64,000 bases of DNA from Candidatus Latescibacterota bacterium (GCA_965198115.1 OZ240241.1:8096001-8160000), one strand, 5' to 3'; positions 21,849 through 32,982 are shown, counted from the first letter of the stretch. Numbers and translations are program-made. The notes: a model not told the origin generated them from the letters alone.

Positions 21849-23267
21849 GGCTATATCCGGATCTCTCAACGAGATGAAGTGGGTGAAGGTGCCGTGGTTC
21901 CTGGCATGGGGGCGCGGTTAGAGTGTGCGGAACCTCTTCGGAATCTGCTCAGGGATGTTTATGTCTCCGACGGTAAGGAAGATCATATCGTTGAATGCGT
22001 CGAGTGTGCGGAATCCGCTGGCTCGGTTCTTGACGATTTGGACGATTCGGTTGAGGCCTTCGGCGATGGCGTTGGTAAGACGCGTGTTCACGAATGCGAG
22101 GACGCCGAAGAAGTGCTGTCGCAGGGTCCTGACGAACTTTCGCAGGGGTTCACGTCGACTTCTGAGTGCGGACGTCGTCCAGCATTTCAGGAAGCGTTCG
22201 GCAGCCCAGGGCGCTTTGTATTCCCAGAACTGCTCGAACTCGTCCTTGAGTCTCCAGGCTCTATAGATTCGGTAGTTCGCCTTCTCCAGTGCTTTGAGTG
22301 TCCGAGTATCCCCTCTGGAGCGTGTCGCTGAGTGCCGGTAGAGGAGCCATCGGAGGCCCTTCATGGCTTTGCGCTCATCCGGGGCAGCTTTACGCCACTG
22401 GTCCTTACGGACCTCGTCAACGGCGGCATTGAGAGCCTTGACGATGTGAAAGCGATCGAGGACCAGCTTGGCATTCGGACAGTGTTCCTGGATGGCTCCG
22501 ATGTAAGCTTCGCTCATGTCGCAGCAGGCCCACTCGATCTTGGATCTCCGGTAGGGACTGAGAGCCTCTGTGAAGAACCGATCGATCGTTTTACGCGCCC
22601 TGCCGCGGCCAACCCACACCACGCAGGAGCGGTCCAGATCGTAAACGAGCGTGGCGTACCTGTGACGCTTGGCGTAGGAGATCTCGTCGATCCCGATGGT
22701 TTTGAGCCCTCGGATACGATGACCTTCACGAAGCCGCGTGATGGATCGGTGAAGGAGATCCGACAGCGTCGAGGCAGAGATGCGCAGTAACTCGGACGCC
22801 GCCTTCTGCGTCATGGTCTGGCAGTAGCGCAGCATGGCATACTCGAAGCGATACGTCACCCGAGAGAACCGCTCCGCCCACGGAATCTCCTGACCACACG
22901 ACCGTGGGTAGGACACCGAATCTCCCGAGGATGGTAGAGAAGCCAGACCCTCCACCCGCACACCGGAATGTCACGCCACCGACGCGGATGGGGCATTGTG
23001 CGGACGATTTTACCTCGACGGCCGCACTCCGGACAACAACAACCATTCTTATGTGGCTTTACGGCGATGACGAAACAGCTTCTCCCCTCAAACCACCAGC
23101 TGACAACACGGAACCCCTTGAATCTCAGCAGTTTCGATAGTAATCTGCTCCCGGTCATAGGTCGCACCCCCTTCGCTTTGATTGTCCTACACACACAACC
23201 AAGCGTAGGGAACGATCTATGACCTTGTCATTCTATAGTTTCACCGTTGAGAAACCCGGATAGAGCC
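21849..23267 (-). mobile_element. ISL3-family insertion sequence
   Basis: IRs GGCTATATCCGGATCTCTCAACG / GGCTCTATCCGGGTTTCTCAACG; 8-bp TSD CATTATAT at 21841-21848 and 23268-23275. Confidence 0.92.
21918..23158 (-). CDS. ISL3 transposase (frameshift near 22890)
   Basis: N-terminal CPECG zinc finger; IGIDE, CCDMS, VLDRFHIV and TNAIAEGLN motifs. Confidence 0.9.
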
Positions 23268-24178
23268 CATTATATGTATGACATCTGGGTGTGGTGTCTC
23301 CAGCAAGGCCTGAATCTGTATGTCGAGAAGCCGTTGGGTCTGAACTGGCACCAGGCCCGGATGCTGACGGAACTCGCGGAAAAGCACGGTGTGATCACAC
23401 AGGTGAGTCACCAACGCCGGTCGAGTCCGTTGCTCAAGAAGATGAGAGCGGCGTGTTTCGAGCGGGGTCCCATCACACACTCGGTGTGCGAGTTCTATAA
23501 GTTTAACCTCCAGGCGCGGTACGATGCCCGTGACCATATGATGGACGATTCGACGCACGCCATCGATACGGTGCGCTGGATGTGTGGGGGTGAGGTTGAG
23601 GAGATCGAAAGTCGCTGCAAGCGGATCGGTGTTCCCGACATCAACTGGATCGGGGCAACGTTGCATTTCGACAACGGATCGACGGGCTATGTCCTCAACA
23701 ACTGGGCGAGTGGACGCCGGGTGTTTCGCGTTCAGATGCACGCGCCCGGTATCTATTGCGATGCGGAAGTGGGGAGAGGTGCGACGCTCTACGAGGATGG
23801 CGACTACGAAGGCGTCTGGTACGACGCCTACGATGTGGGTGGATCGCCTGAGGATTGGCAATCGCTGGGCTTTCGTGACAAGAATCGGGAGTTCATCGAT
23901 TCGGTCAGGACAGGGAAAGAGGTGACGACGTCTCCGTTCAGGGATTGTGTGAAGACGATGGAGGTGGCGGAGAAGATTTTGGGACAAGCGTTGGTGAGGG
24001 GGGACTGAAGAAAGACCTTTGGAACCACAGATGGACACAGATGGGAGCCCAACCTATAGATAGCGGCCCTATTCGGGGAAGCGGTCTTGGTGGGAACCCG
24101 TCGTCCCTCGGTTTCGTCACATTGATGACAACTGGAGTCCTGTAGAGGGTGGCTCGACGATCGGGCCACCCTTTTGCA

Positions 24179-26158
24179 TCAGGGGCTGACGAGTGAGGAA
24201 GGGAGGTTGACCTCCTTCAACGCTGTGGTCAGTTGGCGTTTTGTGTAGGGCTTCATGTCGGGGCGCCAGGGTTGGATGAGGGTGACGCGTTTACCGAGGG
24301 CGCGGACGCAGTCGGGGAGATCGAAACGTTTGAGCACGCCTCGGGGGACACAGGAGAAGGGCCAATAGACGAAAGGTACCTGGGTCCACTCGTGGTAGGA
24401 GATCGGTCCGTTCTTGAGCGTCACGCTTGCTGCTCGATCGTGCAACAGACCTGCAAAAAGGGCGAGGATCGCGCCCTGTCCACGGCCAATGAGATGGATC
24501 TTACGTGCGCCTTCGGCGGTGAGAAGGTCCATGGTCGACAGGACGTCGTGGGTGCGCCGGCCGACGAAGCTTTCGCCCAACAACGTTGCGTAGCCATCGT
24601 GCATGTAATCGATACCGTATGAGTGGAAGAAGTCGCGATCGTCGTCCGGCCGCGTCTCGCCCAGACCGCGTGGGTCGACGGCGTAGAGGGCACTGTTGCG
24701 CGCAAGACTCCCAGCGTCACGGTCGGTCGTGAACTCCTCTTCCGCCGCGATGTGAGGCACATACAGGCAGAGCTCGCGTTCGACGTCGAGGGTGTGCGTG
24801 TGCGGTGTGTGCATCCGTTTTCGGAGGATGGCGCGAATCCCGTTTTCAGTTTCGACCGCGTAGCGAGCGACACGGGTGCGGTTCTCGGTCCCGCCACGCA
24901 AGGCCCTATGATGCGGGACGCCCGATCGACGGGGGAGAACGAGGACAGCTCTGAGGGCGCGCTTCAGCTCGTTGCGTGTGAGCCGCTTTCTCTTCTCTTG
25001 AAGATCGTTGGCACGCGCGCCGCTGAGTTCGTAGATGGGCGTCGCGCCGGCAGCGATCACCTCGCCACGTGGCGTGACGTTCAGGGGTCGGCGCGGCAGT
25101 GGCTTTGGGGTGGCGCGGGATGGACTCAGTCCGTTGTGAGCGCAGAAAAAGCGGACCATCGCTTTCTGATTGTGGTCGGAGTAGCCGTGTCCCATCGGGC
25201 CGATGAAATAGTCGACATTACGTCGCGGCGCTCCGAGGACGCGATAGAATGCGCGGACATCGTCATACGCTTCTTTGACGCCTCGTCGGTCGAAGAAGTC
25301 GAAATGCTGCCCGAGGATCATGACGGGTTTCGGCGCCTGCGCGATCAGGAAGTCGGCCATTTCCAGTCCGTGCCCGATCACGCCGGGGGGATACTGTTCG
25401 GCGTCGGCGGGTAGTTCGTTTTCGAGGTTGTGCAAGAAGGTCGTGATGAAGCAGCTGGGTGCGGCGAAGGCAAACCGGTCTTCGGCGCCCCAGGTCCACG
25501 TCGTCACGGTTCCACCGCCGGAATTCCCCGTGATGCCGATTCGGTGGGGGTCGACTTCTGGACGTGTTTGGAGGTAATCGAGCGCGCGGATCGCGTCCCA
25601 GTTGCGCCACGCGCCGAACCAGTCGTCTATCAATTGCAGCTGCTTTCCCATCATGTTATGCGCGAGCGTGGACCGGCCAACGATTTCGCGATGCTTCATT
25701 CCATAGTACTGATCCCGTTCGCCCTGGTTGAAGGGATCGATGATGAGGGTGACGAAACCGGATCGGACGAGACGCTGGCAGAAGGCCTGGTAGATGGGTG
25801 TCTGCTTTCCGTCGTCGGAGTGGCCGCAGGATCCGACTACCGCGGGAGCGGGTTCGTCGATCGCGTTCGGCACATACAGGTTTGCAGTCACCAGACATCC
25901 GGGTCGTGATTCAAAAGCGATCTTTTCGATCCTGAAATCGCGCTGTTGGATGACGCCGACGGTCGTTGGTTTGAGCGCTGTTCTGGGTGGGGATGGTCCG
26001 ACCGCCTTACGGATCGGGTCACGGACATCGCGCTGGTAGGCGAGTGCTTGTCTTCTCGTTTTCAAGCCCTCGAGCCGCGCCCTCCGCGCGCGGCGGATCT
26101 CCCGAACCCGATCGATGTAATACTCCTGCACCATATGGCCGTTTCCTGTCCGTCCCAT
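24179..26158 (-). CDS. Two-domain alpha/beta hydrolase (acetyl xylan esterase/dienelactone hydrolase-like)
   Basis: FESRPG..VTANLYVP, CGHS, GQ/GER region and GITGNSGGG nucleophile elbow. Confidence 0.8.
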   Translation of the reverse strand: MGRTGNGHMVQEYYIDRVREIRRARRARLEGLKTRRQALAYQRDVRDPIRKAVGPSPPRTALKPTTVGVIQQRDFRIEKIAFESRPGCLVTANLYVPNAIDEPAPAVVGSCGHSDDGKQTPIYQAFCQRLVRSGFVTLIIDPFNQGERDQYYGMKHREIVGRSTLAHNMMGKQLQLIDDWFGAWRNWDAIRALDYLQTRPEVDPHRIGITGNSGGGTVTTWTWGAEDRFAFAAPSCFITTFLHNLENELPADAEQYPPGVIGHGLEMADFLIAQAPKPVMILGQHFDFFDRRGVKEAYDDVRAFYRVLGAPRRNVDYFIGPMGHGYSDHNQKAMVRFFCAHNGLSPSRATPKPLPRRPLNVTPRGEVIAAGATPIYELSGARANDLQEKRKRLTRNELKRALRAVLVLPRRSGVPHHRALRGGTENRTRVARYAVETENGIRAILRKRMHTPHTHTLDVERELCLYVPHIAAEEEFTTDRDAGSLARNSALYAVDPRGLGETRPDDDRDFFHSYGIDYMHDGYATLLGESFVGRRTHDVLSTMDLLTAEGARKIHLIGRGQGAILALFAGLLHDRAASVTLKNGPISYHEWTQVPFVYWPFSCVPRGVLKRFDLPDCVRALGKRVTLIQPWRPDMKPYTKRQLTTALKEVNLPSSLVSP

Positions 26159-26164
26159 TTCACA

Positions 26165-26353
26165 CTCCTGATCGCGGAGTCAGACCTCGACGTTGAACTG
26201 AAACTAAGATTATGTTAAATAGCCGTTTGCGTCTGCGTAGGTGGCCTTCATCCCTCTTGCAGGGTGGGACGAGCTGCCCGCCAGGTTTCCGGGTTCAGAA
26301 TAAGGGATCATCGGTCGTCGTGCAACGACTCGCGGAGGCCGCTCGACCAGGGA
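26165..26353 (+). ncRNA. ssrS: Probable 6S RNA
   Basis: About 190-nt intergenic stretch. Ends pair (CCTGATCG/CGACCAGG; GAGTC/GACTC), TGAAC..GTTCA closes an AU-rich bubble, and CCCGCC precedes GGGTTCA. Strand inferred. Confidence 0.45.
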
Positions 26354-26473
26354 TTCTGGAATGCAAGTTTTTAAAAATCAACTGGTTGTGAGCATTTCCC
26401 CTCAGTCTTTGCGGTTGCCCCGATTTAGCGCAGCGCTTATATTATTGAGTCTTGGCCCGATCCAGGCTCTACT

Positions 26474-27184
26474 ATGACCCTCGACCTCGAACAACGCGTC
26501 ACATCGATTCGCGACAATCTGCAACGGCTCGAAGAACGGGTTGCTGCAGCGGCGGAGCGATCCGGGCGATCGGGTGAGGACATTACGGTCGTCGCGGTGA
26601 GTAAAACCTGGCCGGTCGAGGTGGTTCAGGCGGCGGTGGAAGCCGGCGCATCCGTTCTTGGCGAGAATCGGGTTCAAGAAGGGCAGGCCAAGATTCCGGC
26701 GGTTGAAGGCGATGTGATCTGGCATCTCGTCGGACATCTGCAGCGGAACAAGGCGAAGGTCGCAGTCGAGTTGTTCGACGTGATCCAGTCGGTCGACAGT
26801 CTGCGGCTTGCCTACGCCCTATCGAGACACGTCGAAGATCGTGACGGGGACTTGCCCATTCTCGTGCAAGTCAACACGTCGGCCGAAGCGTCCAAATCCG
26901 GGTTGTCGCCGGAGGAAACGGCCGACGCCGTTTCGGAGATCGCAGCGATCGACGGTCTTCGGGTAGACGGGTTGATGACGATCGCGACGCTGAGTGACGA
27001 CGAGGGTGAGACGCGTCGCTGCTTCGGGTGTCTTCGCGATCTGAGAGATCGATTGGTGGGGGATGCGGTGTCGAGTGCGCTCCAGCTATCGATGGGAATG
27101 ACGGGCGATTTCGAGGCGGCGATCGAGGAGGGGGCGACCATCGTGAGGATCGGGACGGCGATTTTCGGGCAGCGGGCGGCGTAG
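26474..27184 (+). CDS. yggS: PLP homeostasis protein YggS
   Basis: VAVSKT, GENRVQE, WHLVGHLQRNK, LSMGMTGDF and VRIGTAIFG motifs. Confidence 0.95.
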   Translation: MTLDLEQRVTSIRDNLQRLEERVAAAAERSGRSGEDITVVAVSKTWPVEVVQAAVEAGASVLGENRVQEGQAKIPAVEGDVIWHLVGHLQRNKAKVAVELFDVIQSVDSLRLAYALSRHVEDRDGDLPILVQVNTSAEASKSGLSPEETADAVSEIAAIDGLRVDGLMTIATLSDDEGETRRCFGCLRDLRDRLVGDAVSSALQLSMGMTGDFEAAIEEGATIVRIGTAIFGQRAA

Positions 27185-27190
27185 CCAGTC

Positions 27191-27784
27191 GTGGAATCCG
27201 TCCTCGTTCCGGTCCTGCAGCAGGTCGCCACAGGCGTCAACGTGATCATCAAGATATTGGTGGTCACCGTCATCGTGCTGATGCTGCTGCGGTGGCTGTT
27301 GCTGAAGGTCAGCCCCTTCGGTTGGGCGACCTATCAGGTTCGTCGGGTGACGGATCCGATGGTCTGGCCGCTGGCGCAGTCGTTGCCCATGCCGAACGCC
27401 ATGAGCATCGCACCGCTGATCGTGGTGCTCGTGACGTTGCTCGGCGCTTACTTCCTGCAGCAGATGGTGCAGGAACTTCTGGAGTCGATGTTCATCCTGG
27501 TGCGTGGGATCGCATCGGGGCGGCCGCTCTGGATCCTCGGCGGGGTACTCTACGCAGGCGTTTCGATTCTGCTGTTGTTGATCATCGTGCGGATCGTGGC
27601 CTCGTGGATCCCGTTCATGCGTGACAATCGTGTCGTGTGGGCGATCTACAGTTTGACCGAGCCAATCATGGGCCCCTTTAGACAGATCATTCCCCCGCTC
27701 GGTATGTTCGATCTGTCACCCATTCTTTTGATATTTCTGATGTCATTCGTCAAGAGCGCCATTCGCAGCCTGCTGCTTCAATGA
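27191..27784 (+). CDS. yggT: YggT family membrane protein (two YGGT repeats)
   Basis: VTDP and LTEPIMGPFRQIIPPLGMFDLSP; follows yggS. Confidence 0.9.
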   Translation: MESVLVPVLQQVATGVNVIIKILVVTVIVLMLLRWLLLKVSPFGWATYQVRRVTDPMVWPLAQSLPMPNAMSIAPLIVVLVTLLGAYFLQQMVQELLESMFILVRGIASGRPLWILGGVLYAGVSILLLLIIVRIVASWIPFMRDNRVVWAIYSLTEPIMGPFRQIIPPLGMFDLSPILLIFLMSFVKSAIRSLLLQ

Positions 27785-27851
27785 AATCGACCCCCTTCAC
27801 ACCGATGCTCCGGATTCCCCTTCGGGTGCACGCACCGCGAGGACTTCCGTC

Positions 27852-28385
27852 GTGAAGATCACGCCGCTGGACATACGCAAACAGACTTTCAAAAAGCAGT
27901 TTCGTGGGATCGACGCCGAAGAGGTCCAGGCCTTTTTGGAAATGATCGCCGAGGAATTCGAGCGGCTGAGCAGCGAGAACATCCAGCTGACCGAACGGCA
28001 CCGAACGCTCCAGACGACCGTCGAACGATACCGGGAACTGGAGAAAACGCTTCAGAAAACGCTGAGGACTGCCCAGAAGGCTGCTGACGATGTCCACGAC
28101 AATTCGAAAAAAGAGGGTCGATTGATCGTCAAGGAGGCCGAGATTCGAGGCAACCGGGCGATTGAAAAGGCTCGACAGCAGGTCCAGAGCATTCGGAATG
28201 AGATCGTCGATCTGAAGAATCAGAGAGACCACTTCGTCTCCCGACTACAGGCTTTGATCAAATCCCAATCCGACTATCTGTCCGAACTTTCCTTTATAGA
28301 CGCACCCGTTGTGGATGAAGGGCTCGAGCCGGATGGCGACAACGGGCATCCGATCGTGTCGGTCCAGGAGGAGAAGGGGGACTGA
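27852..28385 (+). CDS. divIVA: DivIVA-domain protein
   Basis: ITPLDIRKQTFKKQFRGIDAEEVQAFL followed by a coiled coil. Confidence 0.9.
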   Translation: MKITPLDIRKQTFKKQFRGIDAEEVQAFLEMIAEEFERLSSENIQLTERHRTLQTTVERYRELEKTLQKTLRTAQKAADDVHDNSKKEGRLIVKEAEIRGNRAIEKARQQVQSIRNEIVDLKNQRDHFVSRLQALIKSQSDYLSELSFIDAPVVDEGLEPDGDNGHPIVSVQEEKGD

Positions 28386-28388
28386 TGC

Positions 28389-29270
28389 GTGGCTGAAGCC
28401 ACTCCCGTCATACTGGGTGTGATCGGCGGGTCCGGTGTTTATGAAATTCAGGGTGTCGATGTGATCGCGGAGCACGACATCGATACGCCGTTCGGGAATC
28501 CGTCCGACTCGATCGTCGAGGCGACGTCGGATGGGCGCACGGTCTATTTTCTTCCGCGTCACGGCCGCGGTCACGTTCATCTGCCGTCGGAAGTCCCCTC
28601 CCGCCCCAACATTTTTGCGCTGAAAACATTTGGTGTGACGCACGTGCTGGCGGTGAGCGCGGTCGGCATTATGAAGGAGCACATTCGACCGGGCGACATG
28701 ATCGTGCCGGACCAGCTGTTCGACCGCACCCGTGGCCAACGGCACTCGACCTTTTTCGGAAACGGCATCGCAGGTCACGTGTCGTTCGCCGATCCGTTTT
28801 GCGACGAGTTGCGAACGACGGCGGTCGAAGCGGCCCACGCGGTCGATGCGACGGTCCACGCGGGGGGCACCTACATCTGCATGGAGGGTCCCCAGTTTTC
28901 GACGCGTGCGGAGAGCCACTTTTACCGGCAAACGTTGGACCCCGTCGTGATCGGCATGACGGCGCTGCCCGAGGCCAAACTGGCACGTGAAGCGGAGATG
29001 TGCTACGCCATGCTCGCGATGGGAACGGACTACGACTGCTGGCACGATGACGAAGAGGATGTGACCGTCGAAGCGGTCATTGCGGTGCTGAAGCAGAACG
29101 CAGAAACGGCGAACGCGATCGTTCGGTCTCTCGTTGCGAAACTGCCGAACACCTCGTCGTGCGAATGCCTCGATTCTGCGCGGTATGCGATCATTACGTC
29201 GCCCGACGCTGTCACGGATGAGGCCCGAGACCGTCTTGCGCCGCTGTATGACAAATACTTCCAGGGATGA
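28389..29270 (+). CDS. mtnP: S-methyl-5'-thioadenosine phosphorylase
   Basis: GVIGGSG, PRHGRGH, EGPQFSTRAES, GMTALPEAKLAREAE and TDYDCW motifs. Confidence 0.93.
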   Translation: MAEATPVILGVIGGSGVYEIQGVDVIAEHDIDTPFGNPSDSIVEATSDGRTVYFLPRHGRGHVHLPSEVPSRPNIFALKTFGVTHVLAVSAVGIMKEHIRPGDMIVPDQLFDRTRGQRHSTFFGNGIAGHVSFADPFCDELRTTAVEAAHAVDATVHAGGTYICMEGPQFSTRAESHFYRQTLDPVVIGMTALPEAKLAREAEMCYAMLAMGTDYDCWHDDEEDVTVEAVIAVLKQNAETANAIVRSLVAKLPNTSSCECLDSARYAIITSPDAVTDEARDRLAPLYDKYFQG

Positions 29271-29749
29271 TAGACGACTCTTACTACGCACGCCCCGCAG
29301 GTGTGCCTTCCTCGATCGCGGCCAGCGGGGTCGTGGCTCGTGTCGAGGATGGTAGGATCCTTGTCGCCGCTGCCTACGAGCGCGACCACGACAGCCCCGT
29401 TCTTCCGAAAGGTCACGTCGAGCCGGGTGAGGACATCGAAGAGGCTGCTCGCAGGGAGATCGGCGAAGAGGTCGGTCTTTCGGATCTGATGTTGCTGGAG
29501 AAGCTGGACACACTCGAACGCCTCGATTTCGCGAAAACCGAATGGAAAATCACGCACTACTATCTCTATCTGACACGGCAGGTCGAAGCCACGCCGTCGG
29601 ACGTGGACGGGCACACGACGATGGCGTGGGTGCCGATCGACTCGCCACCCTCCTTTTTCTGGCCGGAGCAGCAACGTTTGGTCGCGGACAACGCCGAGCG
29701 AATTGCACGGCTCGTGGAGCACGCTACGCGTGAAACAACCGGTGTCTGA
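29267..29749 (+). CDS. NUDIX hydrolase
   Basis: Nudix box GHVEPGEDIEEAARREIGEEVG. Confidence 0.9.
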   Translation: MIDDSYYARPAGVPSSIAASGVVARVEDGRILVAAAYERDHDSPVLPKGHVEPGEDIEEAARREIGEEVGLSDLMLLEKLDTLERLDFAKTEWKITHYYLYLTRQVEATPSDVDGHTTMAWVPIDSPPSFFWPEQQRLVADNAERIARLVEHATRETTGV

Positions 29750-32700
29750 CCCTTTCAAGGCCGTCGGCAGTCAGGTCGACTTTCCAGCGATGGAGCGACG
29801 CATCCTGAAGTTGTGGGACAAGCAGGATACGTTTGCCCGTTCCGTGGAGACGCGCTCGGAAGAAAAGCCATTCATCTTCAACGACGGTCCTCCGTTCGCG
29901 AGCGGTCTGCCACACTATGGCCATCTTCTCGCGTCGATCATCAAGGACGTCGTGCCACGTTACTGGACAATGCGTGGTTACCGCGTCGAGCGACGGTTCG
30001 GTTGGGACTGTCACGGGCTTCCCGTTGAAAACGAGGCGGAGCTGCAACTCGATCTCAAGTCACGACGCGACATTCTGGCATTCGGCGTCGATCGTTTCAA
30101 TGAATTCTGCCGCCAGATCGTCCAGCAATACGCGTCGGAATGGAAACAGGTGATCACGCGCTGCGGCCGATGGGTCGATTGGAACAACCAGTACCGGACG
30201 ATGGACCCCGAGTTCATGGAGTCGGTCTGGTGGGTGTTCAAGCAGCTGTGGGATCAAGGTCTGATTTACGAGGGGTATTATTCGCTGGCCTACTGCCCAC
30301 GCTGTGCGACGCCGCTTTCGAACTTCGAGGTGAACCTGGGGGGCTACCAGGAGACCCAGGACCCATCGATCACCGTCAAATTCAAGGTGCGCGAGGAGCC
30401 GAACACGTCGATCCTGGCGTGGACGACGACGCCCTGGACCCTTCCCGCCAACATGGGGCTGGCCGTGGGCCCCGACATTCCCTACGCGCGCGTTCACACG
30501 ACGTCCGGCGAGCAGCTGATCCTGGCAGAGTCCCGCTACGAAGCGGTGTTCAAACAGCACCAGGACGACGTGGTGAAAGTCGAGCCGCAGCCGCTCGACG
30601 CACTGTTGAAGATGACGTATGACCCCCTGTTCGCTGATTTCGAGGTCATGCGCAATGACGGCGCGTTCCGTGTGGTGCCGGCCGACTTCGTATCGACCGA
30701 GGACGGTACGGGCATCGTTCACACGGCCCCCGGCTTCGGTGAGGACGACCATCAGCTGGGCAAGAAGGAAGGGTTGCCCGTCTTCTGTCCGATCGACGAG
30801 GACTGCGCGTTCACGGATGAGGTTCCGGACTATCAGGGCCAGTTCGTGAAGGACGTCGACAAGACCGTGGTGAGGCGGCTGCGGGATGAGGGGACCCTTT
30901 TCGACGCAGGCACGATCACTCACGCGTATCCCTTCTGCTGGCGGTGCGAGTCCCCACTGATCTACCGTGCGGTTGCGACGTGGTTCGTGTCGATCGATCC
31001 GATCAAGCAGAAGATGATCGATGCGAATGACCAGATCTGGTGGGTGCCCGAACACATCAAGGCGGGGAGGTTCGGTCGTTGGCTCGAGGACGCCCGCGAC
31101 TGGGCGATCAGCCGAAACCGCTACTGGGGCACGCCGCTGCCGATCTGGCGAAACGAGGAAACGGGCGAAGCCGTGTGTGTGGGGAGCCGCGAAGAGCTGG
31201 AGCGGCTGACGGGTCGCGAGGTCGACGACCTGCACAAACACTTTATCGACGAGCTGGAGATTCCGAGTCCGACGGGCAAGGGGACGCTCAAGCGCATCCC
31301 CGAAGTGCTCGACTGCTGGTTCGAGTCGGGGTCGATGCCCTACGGACAGATGCATTACCCGTTCGAGAACAAGGACTATTTTGAGAAAAACTTCCCCGCG
31401 GATTTCATTTCAGAAGGTCTCGATCAGACCCGGGGATGGTTCTACACGCTGACGATCCTGGCGGCAGCCCTGTTCGACAAGCCGGCATTCAGAAACTGCA
31501 TCGTGTCCGGCATGCTGCTGGCCGAGGACGGCCGCAAGATGAGTAAGCGGCTCAAGAACTATCCCGAGCCGACGGAGATGCTGGAAACGTATGGCGCCGA
31601 TGCCCTGCGGCTCTACCTGTTGAACTCGCCCGCGCTTCGGGCCGAGGAGATCCGGATGTCCGAGCAGGGCATCAAGGAAAGCCTGCGCGCGGTGATCATT
31701 CCCCTGTGGAACGCCTACAGCTTTTTCGTGACCTACGCGAACATCGACGGGTGGTCGCCCGATCGTGCGCAGACGTCGCCATCGCCCCATCGGCTGGACC
31801 GATGGATCGTCTCGGAGCTGCAGACGCTCCTGCACGACGTGAACGAAGAGATGGCCGCATATCGGCTCTACCGCACCGTGCCGGCGATGGTCTCCTTCGT
31901 GGAGAAGCTGACGAACTGGTATATCCGGCGGAGCCGACGCCGATTCTGGAAATCGGAAGACGACAGCGACAAGGCCGCCGCCTACGGGACGCTCTACGAG
32001 GTGTTGATCACATTCGCCAAGGCGCTGGCTCCGGTGTTGCCGTTCGTGACGGAAGAGATTTATCAAAATCTCGCACGGAAGACAGGCGACGATGGAGAGG
32101 AAAGTGTCCATCTTTGCGCGATGCCTCAGGCCGACGAAAACCTTCGTGACGCCGAACTGGAGGCGCAGATGAACCTCGCGACACGCGCCGTCGTGCTCGG
32201 GCGATCACTCAGGAGCAAACACGACCTGAAGGTGCGCCAGCCACTGCGCAAGCTGTATCTGCTGCCCCCCGACGAGCACAGTCGTGACGAGCTCGTGGAG
32301 ATGCGCGATCTGATTGCCGATGAACTGAATATCAAAGAAATCGAGCTCGTCGAGGACGAGACCGAATTGAGCGACGTGTCTTACAAGCCCAATTTCAGGG
32401 CCCTCGGCCCGAGGTTCGGCAAGCGGATGAAAGAAGTGGCCGGTCGTGTCCAGAAGCTGACGCAGGATGAGATGAAGACACTCCGTGACGGTGGCGAGTT
32501 GGAAGTGGCAGGCGACCGGATTACGATCGACGACTTGGAGGTCCAGCGTTCGGAAAAGGACGAGCTGATCGTAGCGATCGAGAATAACCTGGGTGTGGGG
32601 TTAGACGTCCATCTCGACGACGACCTCACCGAAGAGTGCACGGCACGCGAATTCGTGAACCGCGTCCAGAACATGAGGAGAGCGGCGGGGTTGAACGTTT

Positions 32701-32900
32701 CGGACAGGATCGAAATAGGTGTTCGAGGCGATGCCCATTTGGAGTCCGCCGTCGATCGACATCGAGACTACATATCTGGTGAAACGTTGGCGACAACGCT
32801 CCTCGTGGGCAACGATCCGGAAGCCTATTCGCTGATTCAGGAATGGCAGGTCAATGGTTATCAAGGAACGATTGGTATTCGTAAACAACGCGACAATTAG
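29742..32900 (+). CDS. ileS: Isoleucine--tRNA ligase (type 2)
   Basis: DGPPFASGLPHYGH, GWDCHGLP, WTTTPWTL, ISRNRYWGTP, EGLDQTRGWFY and KMSKR motifs. Confidence 0.97.
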   Translation: MSDPFKAVGSQVDFPAMERRILKLWDKQDTFARSVETRSEEKPFIFNDGPPFASGLPHYGHLLASIIKDVVPRYWTMRGYRVERRFGWDCHGLPVENEAELQLDLKSRRDILAFGVDRFNEFCRQIVQQYASEWKQVITRCGRWVDWNNQYRTMDPEFMESVWWVFKQLWDQGLIYEGYYSLAYCPRCATPLSNFEVNLGGYQETQDPSITVKFKVREEPNTSILAWTTTPWTLPANMGLAVGPDIPYARVHTTSGEQLILAESRYEAVFKQHQDDVVKVEPQPLDALLKMTYDPLFADFEVMRNDGAFRVVPADFVSTEDGTGIVHTAPGFGEDDHQLGKKEGLPVFCPIDEDCAFTDEVPDYQGQFVKDVDKTVVRRLRDEGTLFDAGTITHAYPFCWRCESPLIYRAVATWFVSIDPIKQKMIDANDQIWWVPEHIKAGRFGRWLEDARDWAISRNRYWGTPLPIWRNEETGEAVCVGSREELERLTGREVDDLHKHFIDELEIPSPTGKGTLKRIPEVLDCWFESGSMPYGQMHYPFENKDYFEKNFPADFISEGLDQTRGWFYTLTILAAALFDKPAFRNCIVSGMLLAEDGRKMSKRLKNYPEPTEMLETYGADALRLYLLNSPALRAEEIRMSEQGIKESLRAVIIPLWNAYSFFVTYANIDGWSPDRAQTSPSPHRLDRWIVSELQTLLHDVNEEMAAYRLYRTVPAMVSFVEKLTNWYIRRSRRRFWKSEDDSDKAAAYGTLYEVLITFAKALAPVLPFVTEEIYQNLARKTGDDGEESVHLCAMPQADENLRDAELEAQMNLATRAVVLGRSLRSKHDLKVRQPLRKLYLLPPDEHSRDELVEMRDLIADELNIKEIELVEDETELSDVSYKPNFRALGPRFGKRMKEVAGRVQKLTQDEMKTLRDGGELEVAGDRITIDDLEVQRSEKDELIVAIENNLGVGLDVHLDDDLTEECTAREFVNRVQNMRRAAGLNVSDRIEIGVRGDAHLESAVDRHRDYISGETLATTLLVGNDPEAYSLIQEWQVNGYQGTIGIRKQRDN

Positions 32901-32982
32901 CGTCGGTGGACGAAGGTTCAGCTGACCCAACCCTATCCCTTGTTTCGAAACACGAGGCAGGGCGGCTTTGAGGAGGCGGAGG

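Larger units (their letters stand above)
21610..24008 (+). pseudogene. Gfo/Idh/MocA oxidoreductase interrupted by ISL3
   Basis: The N part (KIAMVGAGGMA...GQPHYM) rejoins in frame to YDIWVWCL..YVEKP across TSD CATTATAT. Confidence 0.88.

Noticed and set aside
32941-32952. parS site (TGTTTCGAAACA palindrome)
   Set aside because: It lacks the central 4 nt of the 16-bp TGTTTCACGTGAAACA consensus and is a single copy.
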